Below, piece by piece: positions 20,532-29,982 of a stretch of 64,000 nt of DNA (within the stretch, counting starts at the first letter, position 1; each line of letters begins with the position of its first letter). The DNA is from a virus: positions 4,614-68,613 of the IMG/VR virus record IMGVR_UViG_3300015371_000024. One strand, 5' to 3'. The notes under the pieces were generated by a model. The model searched no databases. It saw nothing but the letters and a program-made list of their open reading frames with translations, and was not told the origin of the DNA. Made by a program: the position numbers and the translations under genes.

Positions 20532-20818
20532 TAGCCGTTCGGGAACCCGCATGTCGCGCCAGCCGGGTCGTAGCGGTGATACGGATTGGTGCCATCGGCC
20601 ATCGCGAGGCATCCGCCCGCCAACGTGATCTCGCGGAACGTCCCCAAGCGCTCGATCGCCGGTTGCCGATACCTAGACTGCGGGTCGTACCTCCCGAGAC
20701 GATCGAGTCCGGGTTTCTGATACCTTGATTGCGGGTCGTAAAAGAAACCCGGATCGCAATCCTCCGTGCCGATGACTCCGGTTTCGACTACGCGCGCGGC
20801 GACTCTGGTCTTACGCAT
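20531..20818 (-). CDS. Small protein with tandem YDPQSRY repeat
   Basis: GGAGG RBS; two 17-aa repeats plus a third RYDP. Confidence 0.65.
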   Translation of the reverse strand: MRKTRVAARVVETGVIGTEDCDPGFFYDPQSRYQKPGLDRLGRYDPQSRYRQPAIERLGTFREITLAGGCLAMADGTNPYHRYDPAGATCGFPNG

Positions 20819-20842
20819 GGCTGACCTCCGAAACTAGGGGTT

Positions 20843-21301
20843 TTACGACGGGATGGTGCTGGTAGTGACGTCGATCGAGAGAATGGCTTGCTGACCGACG
20901 GCAGTCTGGAACACGCCGATCGTATTGACGATGCACGTTCTAGTCTCGAAACCCTCGAGCGTGTGCTTCTTGCCCGAGATGAGACGCTTCACCTTGTCTA
21001 CGAGATCGAGCACGAACGACTTCGTGAAGGGGTGGGCGTCGAATATATGCAACGACAGCGTGGACGCACTCCCCGCCTTCCCGAACTCGCCTGAGAAGTC
21101 ACCGTTCGGCGCGTCCGTGACGTTCGCCCAACAGCAGTACGGGAGCGGCCTCGTCGTCGCCGAGTCCACCGTCGGCGGCACCAGCTGGTCGAAGATCTTG
21201 TCGCCCGCGAGTGCGTTCGCGAGCGCCGGCGTCCCGAGGATGAGCGTCGTGAACGCCTTCTGCAGCGGATTGATCGGCAGTCCCTGTTCCGGTCCTGGCA
21301 T
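20843..21301 (-). CDS. Tail terminator / tail completion protein (DUF3168-like)
   Basis: KIFD..P....LPY pattern; position after neck protein. Confidence 0.7.
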   Translation of the reverse strand: MPGPEQGLPINPLQKAFTTLILGTPALANALAGDKIFDQLVPPTVDSATTRPLPYCCWANVTDAPNGDFSGEFGKAGSASTLSLHIFDAHPFTKSFVLDLVDKVKRLISGKKHTLEGFETRTCIVNTIGVFQTAVGQQAILSIDVTTSTIPS

Positions 21302-21303
21302 TC

Positions 21304-21783
21304 CTACCTCGCAGAATGTCGTCTGGTGGCGCCGCGGACCATGTTCGCGACCGCGGTCTGGTACTCGGGCCGGATGTGCTCGTAGGCTGGCTGCAGTGAC
21401 GGGACCGGCGGGTGGAAGACGCCTTTCATGTCTGTCCAGCCGGTCAACTGCCAGAACTTGAAGTAGAAGTTCTCGCCGATCGCCTCGGTGTCCGCCTCGT
21501 CCCACCCGATCTCGAAACCCAAGCCAGACGGCGTGAACCGCACATGAATGTGGTCCCGCATGTACCCAGGGTGCCACGGGGGATCCACTTCCTTCCCGAC
21601 ATAGGTCGTCTGATACGTCTCTTCCTCGATCTTGTCGGCGTAGATCCGCGCGAGCTCCCGGAGGCCCTCATCGATCTCCGCCGAGTAGACGAAGAAGTTC
21701 CGGATGAGCGCGTCCGTATTCCGGACGGTGACCTTGATCTCACCCGGAGTGACCGTGAAGCCAGAGCGCGCTCGGACCGGCAT
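21304..21783 (-). CDS. Neck protein (HK97 gp10-like)
   Basis: GYMRDHI, Y.KF...G...M...P.LQPAYE pattern. Confidence 0.7.
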   Translation of the reverse strand: MPVRARSGFTVTPGEIKVTVRNTDALIRNFFVYSAEIDEGLRELARIYADKIEEETYQTTYVGKEVDPPWHPGYMRDHIHVRFTPSGLGFEIGWDEADTEAIGENFYFKFWQLTGWTDMKGVFHPPVPSLQPAYEHIRPEYQTAVANMVRGATRRHSAR

Positions 21784-22340
21784 CAGACTATGGGAGGCCC
21801 GAAGAACGGACCGGGGGATCTCGGTCCGGGTTGCGGTAGCCGATCGACGTTCCCGAGGCCCGATCCTCCAGACGGCTGTTCGGCGGACGCCGCCATTCGA
21901 CCGGCCATCGCGAGGCGCGGCGTGCCGCTCGAGGCCACACCGCTCCTGGCGAAGATCGTCGTCTGCACCGAGAACGTCTTAGGCACCGCGACGTAGATGA
22001 TCCCATACGTCTCCACGAAATCGACCGTATCGATAGTGCCGCGCACCACGACGCGGTACTTGGCCCGAATGAGACCGCCGTAGCGCCACGGAACGATCAC
22101 GAACGCATTGGACGCCGGCGCGACCTGCTGCGCGGCCAAGCTCTCGGATCCGTTCATGGCGACCGTCGAGCACGGAAGATCCGAGAGTCCCGAGACCACC
22201 GCCCAATCCTCGATCTTCCCGCCCGTGCCCGCGGGATCCGGGATGAGCGTCATCGCTTCAAAGTCGCAGCGGAAGAGCATGTTCTCTTCCCGCATCTGCC
22301 GGAGCGACTGCAGCCGCTCGACGGTGACAATGGGAGGCAT
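21783..22340 (-). CDS. Head closure / head-tail adaptor protein
   Basis: Start MPPIVTVERL overlaps upstream stop; D..GG....W pattern; neck gene position. Confidence 0.65.
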   Translation of the reverse strand: MPPIVTVERLQSLRQMREENMLFRCDFEAMTLIPDPAGTGGKIEDWAVVSGLSDLPCSTVAMNGSESLAAQQVAPASNAFVIVPWRYGGLIRAKYRVVVRGTIDTVDFVETYGIIYVAVPKTFSVQTTIFARSGVASSGTPRLAMAGRMAASAEQPSGGSGLGNVDRLPQPGPRSPGPFFGPPIV

Positions 22341-22774
22341 CAGAAGGTGAACTTGGAGGGGACGGACGCCGAGACACCCATCCCGCCGCCGACGCCGGTC
22401 GTGTCCGGCACGAAGGTATTCCAGACCAGCTTCCAGTCCGCCGCCGCATCGCAGAACGGCTTGGCGATGGAGCTCGGCGCCTGTTGCGTGACCTCGTTCA
22501 CGATCGTGGTCGTCCCGATCCGGCGGCTGTATTCCTTGCAGAGCGAGCCATACGCTTGCCAGTACACGTAAGCCGTCTGCGCCGCGTCGGTCACGGCCAC
22601 ACCGGCGTTCCCGAGCAAGGTCGCCGAGGCCGCGATCCACGCATCGAGCTTCTCGGTCAGCGCCTCGACCTGCGTCTGGCCGGACCCGGGAAGCGGGAGC
22701 CAGTCGAACCACCGAGGCTCTAGCTCGCCGGTCCCGTCGGGCGGAGCCAGGAATGTTGCGGCTGTGACTGCCAT
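22340..22774 (-). CDS. Head-tail connector protein
   Basis: 144 aa, GAGG RBS, first neck gene position. Confidence 0.55.
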   Translation of the reverse strand: MAVTAATFLAPPDGTGELEPRWFDWLPLPGSGQTQVEALTEKLDAWIAASATLLGNAGVAVTDAAQTAYVYWQAYGSLCKEYSRRIGTTTIVNEVTQQAPSSIAKPFCDAAADWKLVWNTFVPDTTGVGGGMGVSASVPSKFTF

Positions 22775-22794
22775 AAATCCTCGGAAAAAGAGGA

Positions 22795-22835
22795 AGTGCC
22801 AGCGGACGCCCTATGATAGGCAATCCGCTGGCACT
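22795..22835 (-). terminator. Intrinsic terminator-like hairpin after capsid operon
   Basis: 12-bp stem AGTGCCAGCGGA/TCCGCTGGCACT followed on minus strand by TCCTCTTTTT. Confidence 0.65.
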
Positions 22836-22861
22836 GTGCCAACGCTAGAGACCGGAGGGGA

Positions 22862-23329
22862 TTACTCCCCCGCGAGCTCCTCCTTCTTCTCCTGGAGCGT
22901 CTCCTGGTCCGTCCCCTTGGCCTCGGCAGCTTCCGCCTTGTCTTCCTCGGTCACTGCTTCGTTCACGGGATCCGACGCCGGGATCGCGACTCCAGACTCC
23001 TTGGACTTCTTCCCCGTCTGCGTGAGGCCGAAGGTCTCCGCGATCGCTCGCGGAACCGAGATCGGCTCGTTCGACGGGCCGTACCGCTTCCCGTCCACTA
23101 CTCGCGTGAACGGCATGGACTCGACTTCGACCATGTTGCTCGCGTGGTTGCGGTCCGAGTGCGGACGGTCAGGATCCGCGGGAGACGATCCCGCCTGGTC
23201 CCGACGAAGGACTCCCCCCTTCCGCACGGCATCGATCTCTTCCTGCGTCTGGGGCTTGTTCGTGACCGTTCCGGTCTCGTCCTGCTTTGCGGCGCCTTTC
23301 TTCCCCGCCGCCTTCTTTGCCTGTGCCAT
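22862..23329 (-). CDS. Hypothetical charged protein after capsid gene
   Basis: AGGAG RBS; Lys-rich N-terminus, acidic C-terminus. Confidence 0.8.
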   Translation of the reverse strand: MAQAKKAAGKKGAAKQDETGTVTNKPQTQEEIDAVRKGGVLRRDQAGSSPADPDRPHSDRNHASNMVEVESMPFTRVVDGKRYGPSNEPISVPRAIAETFGLTQTGKKSKESGVAIPASDPVNEAVTEEDKAEAAEAKGTDQETLQEKKEELAGE

Positions 23330-23363
23330 TGTCTGGCTCCTGCGTGAAGTTGGTGAGTGAAGG

Positions 23364-24494
23364 TTAGGACATCGCGGTCTGCATGACGACCAGATTCTCC
23401 GGACCCTCGAGCACCGGGATCGCGTTCATGGCTGACTCGCCCATGAGCGCATACGGTCGGTTCTCGGGGGTGTAGATCCGCTCCCACCGGCCAGTCGTGC
23501 CACCTTCGACCGTCGGAGCGATGTGCGTGTAGCCAAGCTCGATGCCGGACGAGTTGCGAACCTCGTCACCCGAGGCATCGACCCGGAACGACGTCGGCGA
23601 GGTGCCGCCGCCGATGACGATGATGTAGCCATCGTCCAGGAACGGAACCGCGATCGTCTTCCCGAGGTTGCCCGTCGAGAGATCGAACACGTTCCCCGTC
23701 GCGTCATACGCCACGATCGACGCCTGAGCGCGGATATCGCTCGAGGCGATGTCCATCTCGGGATTCGACAGGCGGATGAAGGACGCCGAGCCACGCTCGT
23801 CCTGCGCGGTCAGACGAATGTCGTTCGCCGCGTTGGACGTGATGAGCGTGATGGTCGCCGGCGAGGCGAAGACGACCCGGATCCGACCGCTCAGGATCGA
23901 GCGGGCTTCATACCAGTCGTCCCAGAAGAGCGAGGCCGAACCACCGTAGCCGGAGGTACCGGTGCGCTGCGGGAACAGGTTCCCCGACGGCACGCCGTAG
24001 GAGACCTGCAGCCGCTTGCTGTTGAACGTCCAGTCGATCGCGCCACGCGAGAGCACGCGACCGCGGAGGTACTCGAGCGTGTCGAGCAGCGGCTGGCGGA
24101 GGAACTTGGCGAAGTTGAGGATCGTGTTGGCGATCGCTCGGGTGTCATCGCCACCGCCCGCGCGCACGCGGAGCGACTGCTGCTGGAGGTGACGGAGCAT
24201 CTGCTCCGGGAGGTTGAAGTAACCTCCGATCTTGGCCGTCTCCTGGATCCAGGTACGGTTCATCGCGGCCCCGACCGGGGGCAGCGGCGAGTCCATACCG
24301 ACCAAGCCAGCCATCGTGGACATGATCGTGATCGCGGCGTTCGATGCCATGTAGTCATCGACGGTCCGCTCGGGCAGAACTCGTTCGAACAGATAGTTCG
24401 AATCCGGTCGCTCCGCATTCGCGATATCGACCTCGAAATTCGGCCCGCTTGTGCGGCGCAGATAGTCGAGCGCCGCCGTGAAATTGAGATTCAT
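23364..24494 (-). CDS. Major capsid protein (lambda gpE-like)
   Basis: 376 aa after decoration protein; E.LR..VL..G.I, V.YGVP..N, C-terminal A.PV...P. Confidence 0.88.
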   Translation of the reverse strand: MNLNFTAALDYLRRTSGPNFEVDIANAERPDSNYLFERVLPERTVDDYMASNAAITIMSTMAGLVGMDSPLPPVGAAMNRTWIQETAKIGGYFNLPEQMLRHLQQQSLRVRAGGGDDTRAIANTILNFAKFLRQPLLDTLEYLRGRVLSRGAIDWTFNSKRLQVSYGVPSGNLFPQRTGTSGYGGSASLFWDDWYEARSILSGRIRVVFASPATITLITSNAANDIRLTAQDERGSASFIRLSNPEMDIASSDIRAQASIVAYDATGNVFDLSTGNLGKTIAVPFLDDGYIIVIGGGTSPTSFRVDASGDEVRNSSGIELGYTHIAPTVEGGTTGRWERIYTPENRPYALMGESAMNAIPVLEGPENLVVMQTAMS

Positions 24495-24569
24495 ACTCAG
24501 GCGCTCCGTTAGGAAGGGAAGGGAAGGTCCAAAATCCGAGAATCAGAGAGGATCGAAGACTTCCGCGTC

Positions 24570-24995
24570 CTAGCGGGTGTCCTGGTACGTGTAGAACTTG
24601 AACCGGCACCCTGCAGCTGCGAGCTCGGTCTTGAGCGCGGACGCGAGCGCCCGCGGCGGACCGCCGGTCGAATCCGGCAGCAGGTTTTCGTACAGGTTCC
24701 CCCCGTCGATACAGCCGTAGCCCGTCGCCGCAGCCGACATGTCGTTCTCCTTCGCGTCGGTCTCCAGAATGAGCGTGGCGGGGTTGGTCGTGAGCACACG
24801 GGGCGAGATCTTCCCGCTTCCCAGGAGCTCACCGACGACGGTACCAGCTTTGAGGAGCTTGTATCCGTCGGCCTCCTTATAGCTCGCATTCACGTTCGCC
24901 CAATCGATCTGTCGCCCGCCGTTCGATCGTGTGATCGAGTGCGGATCGACAAAATACGCGGGCGTACCGAATGTGCCTTCCGTGATCGTTGACAT
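24570..24995 (-). CDS. Head decoration protein
   Basis: KLLKAGTVVG motif; between scaffold and capsid. Confidence 0.75.
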   Translation of the reverse strand: MSTITEGTFGTPAYFVDPHSITRSNGGRQIDWANVNASYKEADGYKLLKAGTVVGELLGSGKISPRVLTTNPATLILETDAKENDMSAAATGYGCIDGGNLYENLLPDSTGGPPRALASALKTELAAAGCRFKFYTYQDTR

Positions 24996-25028
24996 TCGTA
25001 AGCCTCGATTGTGAAGGCCGGTTAGGGA

Positions 25029-25904
25029 TTACTGGCGATTGTCGGTGACTCGAGCGGCACTGGCGCCACCGCGGCCACGACTGAACGAGAGCGCGTCGTA
25101 GGAATTCTTCGACCGCTCCTTGTCCTTCTCCAGCATCTCCTTCACCGGATCACTGCCCGACGTCGTCCCATCCCGGGGCGCGGGCGAGGAATCGATGACC
25201 GTCGTCGTCCCAGACGTCGATCCGTTCTGCTTGGTGCCCGCGGGCTTCAAGGCACCCCACATGTAGTTCTGGTTCGCAGTGACGTAGCCGTCGAACTGCG
25301 ACCATGCCGCTTTGTCGTCGCCTTTGGCGCGAACCCACGGCAGCTTTTTCGTCACCTTCTTGCCCCGCTCGGCACCGGTGCCATCGACTTCGGTATCCCG
25401 AAGCTCGGCCACCATGTTGCCGTTCCGAAGGACCGTGTCGATCGCCTCTCGAGTGTATCCCGTGGCCTCCGCGATGCGCGAAGAGAGAAGGTCAGCGGAA
25501 TTCTTGAGATTCGTCGTGCGCTCGGTCGCAAGGTCGTTCTCCAGCTGGCCGATCAGACTGACCAGCTTCTTCGGGTCGAGCTTTCGCCCGTCCAGGAGTT
25601 GGCGGAGCGCATCCGCCTCTTCTCCGACGAAGGTGAGGTGCCCTTCCGGGAATTCCTCACGGAGCTCCTCATACGCCCGCTGCCACCGGTTCTTCACTCG
25701 TCGGATGCGGCGGATGTCGCGCAGGTAGGTGAGTCCGAGTTGCTGTGCGTTGTTTCCAACCCGCCCGAGAGCGGCGTTGACGTGCGTAATGAGCTCGGAA
25801 TCGTCCATCTCTGGCGATTCATCCTCGTCGTCATCGTCGTCCACGACCGATTGACGACTGGCGGTCCGGCTCCCTGTCCGGCGTCCGCTATTCCGCTGTG
25901 CCAT
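25029..25904 (-). CDS. Capsid scaffolding protein
   Basis: Charged helical 291 aa between portal and decoration genes. Confidence 0.65.
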   Translation of the reverse strand: MAQRNSGRRTGSRTASRQSVVDDDDDEDESPEMDDSELITHVNAALGRVGNNAQQLGLTYLRDIRRIRRVKNRWQRAYEELREEFPEGHLTFVGEEADALRQLLDGRKLDPKKLVSLIGQLENDLATERTTNLKNSADLLSSRIAEATGYTREAIDTVLRNGNMVAELRDTEVDGTGAERGKKVTKKLPWVRAKGDDKAAWSQFDGYVTANQNYMWGALKPAGTKQNGSTSGTTTVIDSSPAPRDGTTSGSDPVKEMLEKDKERSKNSYDALSFSRGRGGASAARVTDNRQ

Positions 25905-26016
25905 GAGTCAAAACCTGTGGAAACAGTGTGGAAAAGTGGGAAGAAGTGTGGCGTAGATGCAACACTATGCCATGATGACTCTTCGCGCCAGACGGGCAGA
26001 TGCGAAAACGGATGTG

Positions 26017-26049
26017 AAAAACCCTCCCAGAGGCCAGCCTGGGAGGGTT
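26017..26049 (-). terminator. Intrinsic terminator after portal gene
   Basis: Stem ACCCTCCCAG/CTGGGAGGGT followed by T-run on minus strand. Confidence 0.75.
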
Positions 26050-26100
26050 CTCTCGCCTTGTTAGGGCGCCGTTCACTACTCGCACACCTAATCTATACGA

Positions 26101-28005
26101 TCACGCCGGTCCGCCGCCAGTCACGCCGCCTGGGCGCCGTTTCTTTCGGTCACGGGGCTTCGTCTGCTGCTTCCGTGCCAGCTTGTCCTGCTGCTGACCC
26201 GGGTTGCGCTCCGTGGTCCCGCTCGGACGTCCGGGACGCTGTCCGGTCCCGAGTTGCGCGCCGCTCGCGCGGGCCTCGGCCAACTTCGCTGCTGTCTCGA
26301 GCGCCTTCTTCTTGTCGGCGTTCGCTTGCCACCGTTTGGCCTTATCGACCGGGATCCCGACTTCCTGCGCGACGTCCTCGATCGCCAAGCCCGCCTCGAC
26401 GCCGAGCTTGACGGCGTTCATCTGCCGAATCACGACATCGATCGCCGCCCCCGGCTGGCTCGCGATCCGGTCGTTCTCGGCATCGACGTCCTCGACCTGG
26501 AACGCGGTCTCCTGCACGCTCTCTCGCGCGAGGACCGCCTTCTCAAAGGCCGCGATCATGGCCGTTTTCTCGTCCGCGCTCACCGGACCGATGTTCACGA
26601 ACGCGGACACGACGGGGCGGAGTACCTCGGTGTAGCGTCCGACTTCACCGCGGAGCGCCTCGGCGAACGCGAGACCGGCGGAGATGATCCACGACGTGGC
26701 GTCGATGACCGGGATCGCGGAGTCGAGCAGCGCGAGCCCCGCCTCCTGCCGCGCGAGCTCCGGCGGCATCCCCGAGTCCTCGATCATGTGCGGCTGATGC
26801 CCCTCAAAGTGCATCGATGTCCGCCAGTGCTTGGCAGAATCGATCACGCCGCTCGGGGTGATCGGCTCCTGAATGTGGACGCCTGGCGTAGCCTGTTTGA
26901 CCGTGCCGTCCTCGTCCTCGATCACCTGACCCGAGATGTAGTTCGTGATGCCGGCGCCGTAGACGGGTTCCTGGCTCGGGTCCGGCGTGAAGGTGAGGGC
27001 GCCCGTATTGGGATCCTTGGCCCACGTCCCCTGCAGCTGTGCGTTGGTGATGATCCGCTGCAGGAAGCCCGCGGTCTCGTTCGTCCGCGGGATCACGGAC
27101 TCGGCGAAGTTCATCGCCTTCTGCATCTGCAGGAACTGCGTCGTGACGAGCGGATCGCGTCGGCCTTGGAACATGAGCAACCGGCCACCCATCTCGTAGC
27201 TCACTCCCGTCGAGCCTCCCTCGTTCCCCACCGTCCGGACGAAGGTCTTCTGTCCCTGCTGGTCGAGGAAGGTGAGCCACGCGCGGTCCGGTTTCGACAT
27301 GAGGCGGATCCCGACCTGGCGTTGCGTGTCCGGGTCCGTGACCACCGCGCATTCATCGACCTTGGGCTTCTCGAGATAGATCCGCTGGAGCGCCTCACTG
27401 ACGGAATCGCCGACGTTGAGTTGCCGGATGGTGGTCGAACCGGCGAGCTCGGTGGCGAGTCCAGGCGGGACGAAGAAGCGTAAGCAGCTGCGGCCCGTCG
27501 GCATGAGCAGATCCTGCAGGTAGAGCTTGAGTTGCTGGTGCGTGTTGCGCGCGGCCAGCCAGTCCCGGATGAACGCCGTCGCCTCGGCGATCAGCTTCTT
27601 CGTGGCCTCGGGCATCTCGTCTTCGCCCGTGGTGCCGTCGATCGGCATGAGCGTCCACTTCGGGAAGCGACCGAGGACGCCATTGATGTGCCGGTTGACG
27701 ATCTCGCGGATGACGTTCCGACTGACGAAGGTGCGCGAGATGAGCGCCCACATCGTCTGGTATCCCGCGTCGTCCGGCGACAGCATCGGACCGGCCCATC
27801 CCCACCCGCCTTGCCAGTGGTCGCCGTCGTACATCAACTGCGCGTTGTAGTACCACCAGGGAATCGTTTGGGCGACGTAGCTCCGAGCGGTCGTGAAGTT
27901 CATCCCGCGGATCGGGACCGGCGTCGGGAGCGGTGGGGCGTAGACCGAGCGGAAGGACGATCCGATCAACTGTGTCTGGATGATCCGGAGCGTTGCTTCG
28001 TTCAT
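26101..28005 (-). CDS. Portal protein
   Basis: 634 aa directly after terminase; YDGDH, N.IREIV..H..G.LG, DVDAE.DRI patterns of SPP1-like portals. Confidence 0.85.
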   Translation of the reverse strand: MNEATLRIIQTQLIGSSFRSVYAPPLPTPVPIRGMNFTTARSYVAQTIPWWYYNAQLMYDGDHWQGGWGWAGPMLSPDDAGYQTMWALISRTFVSRNVIREIVNRHINGVLGRFPKWTLMPIDGTTGEDEMPEATKKLIAEATAFIRDWLAARNTHQQLKLYLQDLLMPTGRSCLRFFVPPGLATELAGSTTIRQLNVGDSVSEALQRIYLEKPKVDECAVVTDPDTQRQVGIRLMSKPDRAWLTFLDQQGQKTFVRTVGNEGGSTGVSYEMGGRLLMFQGRRDPLVTTQFLQMQKAMNFAESVIPRTNETAGFLQRIITNAQLQGTWAKDPNTGALTFTPDPSQEPVYGAGITNYISGQVIEDEDGTVKQATPGVHIQEPITPSGVIDSAKHWRTSMHFEGHQPHMIEDSGMPPELARQEAGLALLDSAIPVIDATSWIISAGLAFAEALRGEVGRYTEVLRPVVSAFVNIGPVSADEKTAMIAAFEKAVLARESVQETAFQVEDVDAENDRIASQPGAAIDVVIRQMNAVKLGVEAGLAIEDVAQEVGIPVDKAKRWQANADKKKALETAAKLAEARASGAQLGTGQRPGRPSGTTERNPGQQQDKLARKQQTKPRDRKKRRPGGVTGGGPA

Positions 28006-28038
28006 GGGTGCGTATCCAAAGAGGGTACGCGCCGCGGG

Positions 28039-29586
28039 CTACCTGCCCAACCGGCGCCGTGACATGACGCGAGGTACGAACTTGGTCTCGTCGCGCATCG
28101 GGAAGTCGAAGAAGGATAAGACGACCGCCACGCCCACGTCAGGACTCCGGCCAATGCGGTCTCTGATGTCATCGCTCGATTCGACCTTGATCGTCTTGTT
28201 CGTGATCGTGTAGCGCGGTGCGGTGAGATCTTTGACGAGACTCGGGTGCTTGGCGCGGATCGCGATCTCTTTCTTCTCGAGCTTTTCCTTGAATTCCCAC
28301 CACGCCTGACTCCAGAGATCAGCGAACTTATAGAAACTGCGCTGTTTGAGCAAAATCCCGCCCGCCTGACGGAAGCCGACGATCCGGCGCACGGGCCGAG
28401 CTCCGGCCACGAACTCGTTCACCGTCACGTCATTGGACCGCATGGTGTCGGCCACGCCGGCGCCCAAGCCCACGACATCGACCGTGACGTCCGAGCCCGA
28501 TATCTCGCGCTCCACGACGCGCTCGAGGAGGTGCGTGGCGGAGATGTCGAGCCCCTGCTGGTAGAATTCCTCGATATCGACCAGGCAATTCCCATCGACC
28601 CCCGCGTGCACCGTCGCGTCTTTCCCGTACCGTGCGACGTCCATGCCTTCTCGCCGGCGCCCCGGGATCGCGGGGATGTTCCGCGCCTGTGCGATGAGAT
28701 CGGAGGTGATCAGCTGGTTCGGCGCGCGAATCACGCCCCACTTCCCCTTCACGAACCGCATGTACTGGTCGTAGTCCTTGATGCGGAGCTCTTCCAGGGA
28801 CTGCTTGTATTCCTCGGAGATGTAGGGGTTGTCTTCCAGCGTCGTCGGCAGGTAGTACCAAGGTGGCTCCAGCGTGCCCGCCTCGTAGGGCTCGTAGATC
28901 TCTTCCCGGACCCAATTGTCGGCAGGGTTGAAGGTCAGGAAGATGAACGGTAGCGGTTGCTTGGGACCGTACTCGCGGATGGCCTCGACGCGTGACATGC
29001 CGTCGCGCTCGGCCTTGGCGATCGCGATCTGCTGTTCCTCGTCCGGCGGGATCACCCACGCGCCCGCGCGCTGGATGCACTTGTTCTTGGTCCGGACCGA
29101 GAGCTCGTTGGCTTCCTCCAGGATGAACCCGTTGACCTCGAGCCCATTGAACCGCTCCAATTCCGAGTCTTCCTCGATCGATTCCGGGAAGATGATCAGC
29201 TTGGATCCGTTGACCGCCGTGTACTCCCAGGCGGTCATGTTGAGCGGACCGAGGAAGTCGCCGACGTAGTCCCGCATCTTGTTGATCGAGGGGACCGTAT
29301 TGCGGCGGAGCGTCGGGAGATCCATGCGGACGATCGCCCACCGCGAGCGTGGGAAGACGCGCATGAGGATCAAGACCGTGGCGAGCACCGTGAAGGTCTT
29401 CCCGCCGCGAATCGCGCCGCCGGTCGCCATGAAGCGGTACTTCCCGCTCCGGACGGCTTTGAGCCATTCGTGCTGCTTCTCGGTAAAGACAAAGGAGACG
29501 CCCGGGGGAGTCTCCTTTTGCTGGATGGCGACTACCCCTTCGGGTAGCGCCTCATCTTCGTCGTCGTGGTGCCGCTTGTGACTCAT
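28039..29586 (-). CDS. terL: Terminase large subunit
   Basis: Walker A GGAIRGGKT, Walker B GFILEE, LTFNP, nuclease GMDVA..G.D.T, VDVVGLGAGV, RSPD. Confidence 0.95.
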   Translation of the reverse strand: MSHKRHHDDEDEALPEGVVAIQQKETPPGVSFVFTEKQHEWLKAVRSGKYRFMATGGAIRGGKTFTVLATVLILMRVFPRSRWAIVRMDLPTLRRNTVPSINKMRDYVGDFLGPLNMTAWEYTAVNGSKLIIFPESIEEDSELERFNGLEVNGFILEEANELSVRTKNKCIQRAGAWVIPPDEEQQIAIAKAERDGMSRVEAIREYGPKQPLPFIFLTFNPADNWVREEIYEPYEAGTLEPPWYYLPTTLEDNPYISEEYKQSLEELRIKDYDQYMRFVKGKWGVIRAPNQLITSDLIAQARNIPAIPGRRREGMDVARYGKDATVHAGVDGNCLVDIEEFYQQGLDISATHLLERVVEREISGSDVTVDVVGLGAGVADTMRSNDVTVNEFVAGARPVRRIVGFRQAGGILLKQRSFYKFADLWSQAWWEFKEKLEKKEIAIRAKHPSLVKDLTAPRYTITNKTIKVESSDDIRDRIGRSPDVGVAVVLSFFDFPMRDETKFVPRVMSRRRLGR

Positions 29587-29590
29587 AACC

Positions 29591-29980
29591 TCATGGACTG
29601 ACAGTCTCGGACAGGTTCGCTCGAGGCGGGCGCGCGAGCACCGTAATGCCCCGGGCTTCGTTGAACAGGATCCGAACGTAGCCCTTCCGCTGCAGGTTCT
29701 GCAAATGTTCGTGCACCGTGGCGCCCGATCGGTAGCCGAGTCCGTGCGCGATTTCCTCGTAATTCGGCGCGTACCCGTGGAGATCGAGATAGTCGGCGAC
29801 GTAATCGAGCAGTTTCGCTTGATGCAGCGTGAGCGGCTCCAATGCACGCTTCCGGCGGAACATCGCGGCCAATCTGCGATAGATCGCCTCGCGATCTCGG
29901 TTCGGATCGCCGTCGGCGACCTCAGTGAGCGTGGCTGCGATGAATTCGCACTCCGAATCGGATAGCAGGATGGACGGCAT
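29591..29980 (-). CDS. LexA-like winged-helix DNA-binding protein lacking the S24 peptidase domain
   Basis: LT..Q..LLDY......GYAP.YEEIA..LG..S.ATVHEHL..L.RKGY matches the LexA N-terminal domain; ORF stops at 129 aa. Confidence 0.85.
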   Translation of the reverse strand: MPSILLSDSECEFIAATLTEVADGDPNRDREAIYRRLAAMFRRKRALEPLTLHQAKLLDYVADYLDLHGYAPNYEEIAHGLGYRSGATVHEHLQNLQRKGYVRILFNEARGITVLARPPRANLSETVSP

Positions 29981-29982
29981 GG

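Noticed and set aside
29591-29980. CI-type prophage repressor implying lysogeny
   Set aside because: No peptidase domain, lies in the late packaging operon, no divergent cro or integrase nearby.
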